From NCBI GenBank assembly GCA_963665325.3, contig CAXXWS020000001.1, positions 1 to 64,000 of the forward strand: a stretch of DNA of 64,000 nt, in the 5' to 3' direction. Under the pieces are notes generated by a model that saw nothing but the letters and a program-made list of their open reading frames with translations, was not told the origin of the DNA and searched no databases. Origin of the DNA: Alphaproteobacteria bacterium (lineage in GTDB: Bacteria; Pseudomonadota; Alphaproteobacteria; Bin95). Below, piece by piece: positions 57,431 through 64,000 of the stretch; the first letter of the stretch is position 1; every line of letters starts with the position of its first letter. Made by a program: the position numbers and the translations under genes.

Positions 57431-57460
57431 GGGCCCGCCAGCGATGGCGGGCCCTTTTCT
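57431..57460 (+). terminator. Intrinsic terminator after tmoX
   Basis: GGGCCCGCCA-GCGA-TGGCGGGCCC-TTTTCT. Confidence 0.85.
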
Positions 57461-57490
57461 TGCGCGTTTCAACCGACAGGGCACTGGATC

Positions 57491-58942
57491 ATGACGGTAC
57501 TGCTGGAAACTCGGGCCGATCTCACGCTCGAAACCGCCCGGCGGGTAGCCTGGGATGGCGAAGGTGTCGAACTCGGCGCCACGGCCCTCGCGGCGATGCA
57601 GCAGGGGCGGGATCGGCTGGAACGCATTCTCGACCATGACCCCGAGGTCACGATCTATGGCGTGACGACCGGTTACGGCCAGTTCGCCCGCAAGCGGCTC
57701 ACGCCGGAGGAGCGCGAACAGTGGGCCGGCATGTCACCGGCCCGCATCGCCGCGTCGTGGGGCGATCCGCTGCCCGAACGCGTCGTGCGCGCCATCGTCC
57801 TGGCGCGCCTGGCCAACTTCGTGGAAGGACATGCTGCGATATCGCCGGAAGTCGCCCTGGGTGTCGCTGCCATGCTGGACGGGGACAGCTTGCCGGCCGT
57901 CCCGGCGCAGGGTCAGGGTGGGGCGGGCGAGATCCTCTCGCTGAGCCACCTGTTTACCGGTCTGGCGGAAAGGATGAAACCCGCGGCTAAGGACGTGTTG
58001 TGCCTGATCAATGGATCGCCGGCGGCCACGGGCCTTGTCGTCGACGCCGCGCTTGCCGCGGACAGGCGCTTCGATATGGCGGCGCGGGTCTTTGCGCTCT
58101 CCTTCGAGGCCTTCAACGCGCCGCTGGGCCATCTCGATCCCGCGCTGGACGGTTACTGGAACAACCCCCATGACAGCTGGGCGCTTCGGCGTCTTCGCGA
58201 ACTGGTGGGCGACGGTCACGGCGGAGAAAGGCGTCCCTATCAGGCGCCCGTAAGCTATCGCATCGTGCCGCGGATGCTGGGCCAGGCGCGGCGGGCAGCG
58301 GCCATGGCCGCGGAGGTCGCGGCCGAGTCGCTCCAGGCGGTGACGGACAACCCGGTATGGATCGATGCCGTCGACGGGGACCACCCCTTCGGTCGCTTCA
58401 TATCGACGGGCGGCTATCACAACCCCCATGCGGCGCTCGCCATGGACGCCCTGACCGCCGCCTGCGCCAATCTCTGCGTTCTTGCCGGACGTCAGGGCGC
58501 CAAGCTTCTGGACGGCGCCGTTTCGCTGCTTCCCGATCAGCTCACTGCCGGCGAACCCGGCGGCGAGGGCCGCCGGGCCCATATGGGAGGCCTGCCGATG
58601 GCCCAGACCGGATATGAAGAGGAAGCCCGTCTCTACGCCCAGCCGACATTGCTCCCCGGCGGGGAATCCGGCGGTTTCGGCCAGAACGACGTCGCCAGCC
58701 CCGTGTTCCTGGCGTGGTCCAAGCAGGACCGCGCCGGGCGGTGTCTCGACATGGCGCTCGCCAGTCTCGTGCCGATCGCCCTGCGTGCGCTCGACGTCAC
58801 CGACCGTCCCGTTCCGCCGCGACTGGCCGGACTCGAGGCCGCAGTCCGGGAGATCGAGCCCGACTTTACGCGGCCCATGGCGTTGGGGCCCGTGGTGGCA
58901 TCGATTGCCGGGGCCCTGCGCCACGACATCTATCCGCAGTGA
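57491..58942 (+). CDS. Aromatic amino acid lyase (HAL/PAL) family protein lacking the MIO-forming Ala-Ser-Gly
   Basis: IYGVTTGYG, LING, YQAPVSYR, TDNP, GGYH. The MIO loop reads GQGGAGEI. Confidence 0.85.
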   Translation: MTVLLETRADLTLETARRVAWDGEGVELGATALAAMQQGRDRLERILDHDPEVTIYGVTTGYGQFARKRLTPEEREQWAGMSPARIAASWGDPLPERVVRAIVLARLANFVEGHAAISPEVALGVAAMLDGDSLPAVPAQGQGGAGEILSLSHLFTGLAERMKPAAKDVLCLINGSPAATGLVVDAALAADRRFDMAARVFALSFEAFNAPLGHLDPALDGYWNNPHDSWALRRLRELVGDGHGGERRPYQAPVSYRIVPRMLGQARRAAAMAAEVAAESLQAVTDNPVWIDAVDGDHPFGRFISTGGYHNPHAALAMDALTAACANLCVLAGRQGAKLLDGAVSLLPDQLTAGEPGGEGRRAHMGGLPMAQTGYEEEARLYAQPTLLPGGESGGFGQNDVASPVFLAWSKQDRAGRCLDMALASLVPIALRALDVTDRPVPPRLAGLEAAVREIEPDFTRPMALGPVVASIAGALRHDIYPQ

Positions 58943-58966
58943 TGCGAACGAAGCGGCGCGGCCCCG

Positions 58967-59701
58967 CTACAGAAAATCCCGTTCGTGTACGATTGCCGTC
59001 AGATAGCCTGCGGCCAGAAGCCGGCGGGTGTCGGTCATCTCCAGCGGCTGCTCCCGGCGCCAGATGTCGAGCACATCGCGCGCACGGTTCCCGGCAGCGG
59101 CCTGGATCTTGGCGTCGTACAAAGCCATCCGGGCATCGTCCCCGGCGGCATCGGCCCGGCCGGACAGCACCCGCGCGATTTCGACGACTTCCGTGTTGTT
59201 CGGCCCGAACGCCTGCTCGCGTTCGGCGAGCGCGGCTGTGAGCAGGGCGTCGGCCGTTTCGTCGTCGTCCAGGAAAAGCCGGGCAATCGCGAGGTTGAAG
59301 CGGGTCAGGGCCGCCGCACCGGTCAGGAACTCGCGGTGCCGCGCACGCCGGACGTCGCCATAGGCCGCGACATGGCGCTGTTCCATGCGCTGGTGGAAAA
59401 GCGAACTGCGAGCCGCGGCGCTGACCGCCATGCTTTGCGTCCACTCCATCGCGGCGTCCCACGAGGCTAGCGCTGACGACAGGGCGGGGACCGCGCCGTT
59501 GTGGTCCTGATCGATCAGGAGGGCGAGCGCGCTGTTGTTCTCGCTGGCGGCCCGGCGCGGATCCCCCTCCGGAAAGCCCCGCGCCAAGGTGCCCGCCTGG
59601 CGCCACAGGTGGACCGCCTCCTCACGCCGCGCCGAGCGGTAAGCGTCGAGCGCCGCCGCTGAAAGGGCATCCCACTCCCATTCCGCCGTCACCTCGGCCA
59701 T
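58967..59701 (-). CDS. TPR-like helical protein downstream of tmm
   Basis: DPRRAASENN, ARSSLFHQRME, Ala-rich helices; 20 bp after the tmm stop. Confidence 0.72.
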   Translation of the reverse strand: MAEVTAEWEWDALSAAALDAYRSARREEAVHLWRQAGTLARGFPEGDPRRAASENNSALALLIDQDHNGAVPALSSALASWDAAMEWTQSMAVSAAARSSLFHQRMEQRHVAAYGDVRRARHREFLTGAAALTRFNLAIARLFLDDDETADALLTAALAEREQAFGPNNTEVVEIARVLSGRADAAGDDARMALYDAKIQAAAGNRARDVLDIWRREQPLEMTDTRRLLAAGYLTAIVHERDFL

Positions 59702-59721
59702 GGCCGGGGGTCCGAACAGCG

Positions 59722-61065
59722 TCAATCCTCCCGGAGATAGCTCTCCATCGAATCGTCCATGGCATCGACCCAGGCGGTGTGGTGGGTCGGGGCCATCGTG
59801 CCGGTCATCACCGACTTGTACGCGTTGTCCCGGAATGTCATGATGTTCTGCTTCTTGTGCTTCTTCCACTGGAAGAAGGCGTCGTTCGCGCCGTCCACAT
59901 CGAAACTCGGATAGTCGGTCTCGGCGATCAATTCCCTGACATAGTCGCCCTGGTAGCGGATCGCGCCATAGTCGTCTTCGAGGGCGTCTTCCGCGGCCAC
60001 CCGATCGACGACGTCGGCTGCCCGGGCGTCACGGTCCGGCACCTGAATGCGGTCCATGACGATGTCCCGGACATACCAAGCCTGAGCGTCGAACATGTTG
60101 AAGGTGTACCACTGGTCCTGCATGCCGAGATAGAACAGCTTCGGATTGTCCACCCACGCAACACCCTTGTAGAGGTCGGCCGTCGCCAGCCGGTTGGCGC
60201 TCCGAAGGCGCAGCTCCGGCGCCATGAACGGGAAGTGGAGCAGATAGCCCGTGCACAGGATGATGGCATCGACGTTGGCCGTCGAGCCGTCCTTGAATGT
60301 GCAGGTATTGCCCTCGACCTTCTGCAGCAGAGGCACCTCTTTCCAGTTGTCCGGCCAGTCGAAGCCCATGGCCGCGGTGCGGTGACTGACGGTGACGGAC
60401 CTGCAGCCGTACTTCCAGCACTGGGAGCCGATGTCCTCGGCCGAATAGCTGGTGCCGATGATCAGGATGTCCTTGTCCTTGAACTCAACGGCGTCGCGAA
60501 AATCGTGGGCGTGCAGCACGCGGCCGTTGAACCGGTCCAGACCGTCGAAATGCGGCACGTTCGGGGTCGAGAAATGACCGGTCGCGACGACGACATGATC
60601 GAAGCTCTCGGTGGTCTCCTCGTCGGTCGTGAGATTCTGCGCCGTGACGGCGAAGAGGCCCGTCGCGTCGTCATAGTCGACCCGCCGGACAGCCGTAAGG
60701 AAGCGAATTGCATCGCGCACGCCCGCCCTCTTTACCCGGCCCTCGATGTAATCAAACAGCACTTCACGCGGCGGATAGGAGGCGATCTGCTTTCCGAAAT
60801 GCTCCTCGAACGTATAGTCCGCAAACTCCAGTCCCTCTTTGGGCCCGTTCGACCACAAGTACCGGTACATGGAGCAGTGGACCGGTTCGCCGTATTCATC
60901 CAGCCCGGTCCGCCAAGTGTAGTTCCACAAGCCGCCCCAGTCCGCCTGCTTCTCGTAGCAGACGATCTCCGGAACGTCCGCGCCGCCGGCCTTTGCCGAC
61001 TGGAACGCCCTCAGCTGGGCGAGGCCGGACGGCCCTGCACCGATCACAGCAACTCGTTTACTCAT
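59722..61065 (-). CDS. tmm: Trimethylamine monooxygenase (bacterial FMO)
   Basis: [22 protein letters not shown] motif [31 protein letters not shown]. Confidence 0.93.
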   Translation of the reverse strand: MSKRVAVIGAGPSGLAQLRAFQSAKAGGADVPEIVCYEKQADWGGLWNYTWRTGLDEYGEPVHCSMYRYLWSNGPKEGLEFADYTFEEHFGKQIASYPPREVLFDYIEGRVKRAGVRDAIRFLTAVRRVDYDDATGLFAVTAQNLTTDEETTESFDHVVVATGHFSTPNVPHFDGLDRFNGRVLHAHDFRDAVEFKDKDILIIGTSYSAEDIGSQCWKYGCRSVTVSHRTAAMGFDWPDNWKEVPLLQKVEGNTCTFKDGSTANVDAIILCTGYLLHFPFMAPELRLRSANRLATADLYKGVAWVDNPKLFYLGMQDQWYTFNMFDAQAWYVRDIVMDRIQVPDRDARAADVVDRVAAEDALEDDYGAIRYQGDYVRELIAETDYPSFDVDGANDAFFQWKKHKKQNIMTFRDNAYKSVMTGTMAPTHHTAWVDAMDDSMESYLRED

Positions 61066-61146
61066 GGTTTCGCTCACTGTTCTGGCCGGCGGTCGGGACT
61101 GGCCCGAATCGCCCGCACGGTTTCATGACATGTCTCGGTAGCCGAA

Positions 61147-61182
61147 ACCAATTTTTACCAATCTACACCACTTTGTGCCACC
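61147..61182. promoter_or_regulatory. Operator candidate (tmm promoter)
   Basis: ACCAAT at 61147 and 61157, ACCACT at 61167, GCCACC at 61177 (10-bp period). Confidence 0.7.
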
Positions 61183-61350
61183 TTATCCCCATGTGGATTC
61201 GATTTCCAGCGGCAATTCGGCTCGTCGGGATTGGGCGCAAACAATTGCATTCGCGGGGTTAATGCAACTTTCTCTTGTATCCAGTCCCTGATTTGTCATA
61301 CTGTACGGGATTGGCCGCAATCGTGCAAATTCGGGCGATCCGCCGTACGA

Positions 61351-61366
61351 ATTGGTCAAAATTGGT
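61351..61366. promoter_or_regulatory. Operator candidate (Liv-type ABC promoter)
   Basis: ATTGGT-CAAA-ATTGGT. Confidence 0.7.
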
Positions 61367-61495
61367 CTTGGAGTAGACGGATCGGCCTCCGATTGCGGAC
61401 GCGCAGACCTTGCAGTGCGTTACTGGGCTGCCCTTCGGCCCCTTGGCGACACCGCGGGGCAACGGACGCCGGCGTAGCAATTCTGGGAGGCAGGT

Positions 61496-62806
61496 ATGTC
61501 GCGCAAGTCACTTGACCGCAAAATCAGCAGGCGGAAATTTCTGGGGACCACGGCAGCGTCGGGGACGGCGCTGGCAGCGATGGGCAGCGGCCTGTCGCGC
61601 GTCGCCTTCGCCGACAGCCACACCATCAAGATTGGCTTCCTGGCCCCGCTCACGGGCCCGGTGTCGGCCTGGGGCAAGCCCGGCCTGGACGGCTGCCTGA
61701 TCTGGGCGGACTGGGTCAACGCCAAGGGCGGGGTCAACATCGGCGGCCAGTCCTACAACATCGAATTCGTCGGCTATGACAACGAGTACGACGCCGCCAA
61801 GGCGCGCACCGGCGCCACCAAGCTGATCAAGGAAGACGGCGTCAAGTTCGTCATGATGCTGGGCGGCGACACCTGGCCCGGCGTGCAGAAGATCGCCGAA
61901 CGCGAAGGCATGCTGTTCTCGACGCTGCTGCCGAGCGACCTGTCGCCCGACAGCACAACCCTAGTGGCGCCCTGTGAGGTGCATCCCATCTACAATGTGA
62001 CCGGCGTCGAATGGCTGGCGGAAAACAAGCCAGAACTGAAGACCGCCGCCATGTGCGCGCAGGACGATGCCCTCGGAAAGCCATCGGTGGCGACTTATCT
62101 GGCAGCCTTCGAGGCGGCCGGGATCGAGATGCAGGACGAGCCCCTGTTCTTCGACCCGGCGACCACGGACTTCGCGCCGGTCATGACCAAGCTGCTGGCC
62201 GGGAACCCGGACATCCTCTGTCTGGACACCTGCTACGCCGACTATGTCCATCCGCTCTGCGAACAGGCGTTCCAGCAGGGTTACAAGGGGCAGATCATTT
62301 CCTGTACCGCCGACTTCTACCAGAAGATCATCGAGAAGACGTCGGCGGAGTTCATGGAAGGCTTCATCTTCCAGTTCCCGGACTTCGACGACCCGGCGCT
62401 GAACAGCGAGGGGGTGAACTTCGTCAACCCGAACGAGTTCTACGCGGAATACGCCAAGCGTTACGGTGCCTCGGAATGGGGCGCCGTTTCCTGGGAGTAC
62501 GCCTCGATCATGGATCTGTGGGCCGACGCCGCGGGCAAGGCGGGCAGCGCCGAGCCGGCGGCCGTCCTGGAGGCAATGAAGGCGGGCGGCACCGGCAAGC
62601 ACGCTTTCGGCACCGCCGACTGGTGGGGCACGGAGCTGTTCGGCATCGACAACGCCCTGGTCGGCAACTGGCCGGTCGTGGCGATCGAAGGCGGCAAGGC
62701 CACGATCAAGGAGTTCAGGTCCATTCCCGCCTGGTGGGACAAGCACAAGGACCTGATGATCAAGCACATGACGGCTCTCGGCCAGATGTGGAACCAGCGC
62801 GGATAA
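61496..62806 (+). CDS. LivJ-type ABC substrate-binding protein with Tat signal
   Basis: SRRKFL twin-arginine motif, IKIGFLAPLTGP, VNAKGG. Confidence 0.9.
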   Translation: MSRKSLDRKISRRKFLGTTAASGTALAAMGSGLSRVAFADSHTIKIGFLAPLTGPVSAWGKPGLDGCLIWADWVNAKGGVNIGGQSYNIEFVGYDNEYDAAKARTGATKLIKEDGVKFVMMLGGDTWPGVQKIAEREGMLFSTLLPSDLSPDSTTLVAPCEVHPIYNVTGVEWLAENKPELKTAAMCAQDDALGKPSVATYLAAFEAAGIEMQDEPLFFDPATTDFAPVMTKLLAGNPDILCLDTCYADYVHPLCEQAFQQGYKGQIISCTADFYQKIIEKTSAEFMEGFIFQFPDFDDPALNSEGVNFVNPNEFYAEYAKRYGASEWGAVSWEYASIMDLWADAAGKAGSAEPAAVLEAMKAGGTGKHAFGTADWWGTELFGIDNALVGNWPVVAIEGGKATIKEFRSIPAWWDKHKDLMIKHMTALGQMWNQRG

Positions 62807-62913
62807 CCCTCCGCGTTCCGCATGGCTGCGCCGCCATGCTACCAATGGCAGCCGGGGCCGGGCACCGCCCGGTCCCGGCATCGTTTGTCCGCCCCGGCCG
62901 TTGAGACACGCTG

Positions 62914-63777
62914 ATGGACCTGCTGTGGCAGACCGCCGTCAACGCGACCTATGCCGCCAGCTACATGGCGCTGATCGCGGTCGGGCTGGTCATGATCTTC
63001 GGCGTGATGGGCGTCATCAACTTCGCCCATGGCGAGCTCTACATGGTGGGCGCTTATTGCGTGGTGTTCCTGTACGCCCAGGAGAACTTCCCCTTCCTGC
63101 TAGCAGTCGCAGCCGGCCTCGTCTTCGTCGGCCTCGTCGGCGTCGTCATGGAACGGACGATGTTCCGTCCGCTGCGCGACAATCCGCTGGGCGGCCTTAT
63201 CGCCTCCATCGGATTCCTGCTGATCCTGCAAACGCTGGTCGTGTTCGGCTTCGGCCGGCGTATGGGCCATGTACCGCCCTCGACCCAGGGCAAGCTCGAG
63301 ATATTCGGTGCCATCCTGACCTATCAGAGGCTTTTTGTGGTTGTCGCCGCCATCCTGTTGCTCGCCGCTCTATGGGCCTTCCTCAGGCGCTCGAAATTCG
63401 GCCGGGCATTGCGCGCCTGCGCCCAGGACGCCGAAGCTGCCTCCCTCCAGGGCATCTCGATGAACCAGACGGCGCGCATCGCCATGTTCATCGGCGCCGG
63501 ACTGGCAGGCGTGGCCGGCGCCCTGACGGCGCCCCTGGTCAGCCCGACACCCTATATCGGCCACTCGATCATCGTCACGGCCTTCATCATCATCATCGTC
63601 GGCGGTGTAGGCAGCCTTGAAGGCGCCGTCATTGCGGCGGTGCTCTATGCCTTCGTCCACACCTTCGTCACCACTTTCTTCGACGGGGTGATCGCTAACA
63701 TCGTCGGGCTGGCCCTGATGCTCTCTGTGCTGGTGGTCCGGCCGACCGGTCTGTTCGGAGCGAGGGAACGTGCCTGA
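62914..63777 (+). CDS. LivH-like ABC permease
   Basis: GVMGVINFAHGE, GRALRA.AQD, GGVGS, VRPTGLFG. Confidence 0.9.
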   Translation: MDLLWQTAVNATYAASYMALIAVGLVMIFGVMGVINFAHGELYMVGAYCVVFLYAQENFPFLLAVAAGLVFVGLVGVVMERTMFRPLRDNPLGGLIASIGFLLILQTLVVFGFGRRMGHVPPSTQGKLEIFGAILTYQRLFVVVAAILLLAALWAFLRRSKFGRALRACAQDAEAASLQGISMNQTARIAMFIGAGLAGVAGALTAPLVSPTPYIGHSIIVTAFIIIIVGGVGSLEGAVIAAVLYAFVHTFVTTFFDGVIANIVGLALMLSVLVVRPTGLFGARERA

Positions 63778-64000
63778 ACCGGTGGGCGCCATGCCGGCAA
63801 CCGGGACCGGCGGTTCGATCGGACGGATCGCATGGCGGCTGCGGCCGGTCTTCCTGTTCGCGGCGCTGGCGGCACTGCCCTACCTGCTGAGCTACTCGCA
63901 GCAGGAAATCGCGGTCCTCCTCGTCATCAACGTCCTCCTGGTTTCCAGCTACCGGCTGTTGACGCTGACCGGCGAATGGTCGCTCGGCCACGTCGTCATC
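63770..64000 (+). CDS. LivM-like ABC permease (partial, runs off the window)
   Basis: GTG overlaps the livH stop; ...LLTLTGEWSLGHVVI. Confidence 0.8.
   Translation, partial: MPEPVGAMPATGTGGSIGRIAWRLRPVFLFAALAALPYLLSYSQQEIAVLLVINVLLVSSYRLLTLTGEWSLGHVVI

Overview
High-GC (~70%) alphaproteobacterial-type window with three parts. (1) 1-25125: an ICE-like conjugative module. It carries a ~2000-aa adhesin/autotransporter, an FseA-like (DUF6499/DUF2285) activator split by a +1 frame change, an RdfS-like excisionase, and an F-type T4SS operon (traALEKBVC, an HD-domain gene, trbI, trhF, traW, ssb, traU, trbC, traN, traF, traH, traG). The operon stops where traD/traI would be expected. (2) ~25150-33100: a scar region holding an apparently intact ~4.4-kb four-gene transposon-like element (Zn-finger/HTH protein, Mu/IS481-type DDE transposase, ExeA/TnsC-like AAA+ ATPase, RepA-like SF4 helicase with ori-like repeats). 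IS remnants, a truncated second autotransporter and two accessory genes surround it. (3) 33166-64000: a methylated-amine catabolic island (GntR regulator, GS-like gmaS, mgsABC, amt, soxBDAG/mgd, tdm, tmoXWV, tmm, an MIO-less aromatic-amino-acid-lyase homologue, a Liv-type ABC transporter). Most of its promoters share an AWTGGT direct repeat at about 10-bp period. All calls come from reading motifs and gene order by eye; no database searches were run. No rRNA, tRNA or CRISPR array was seen.
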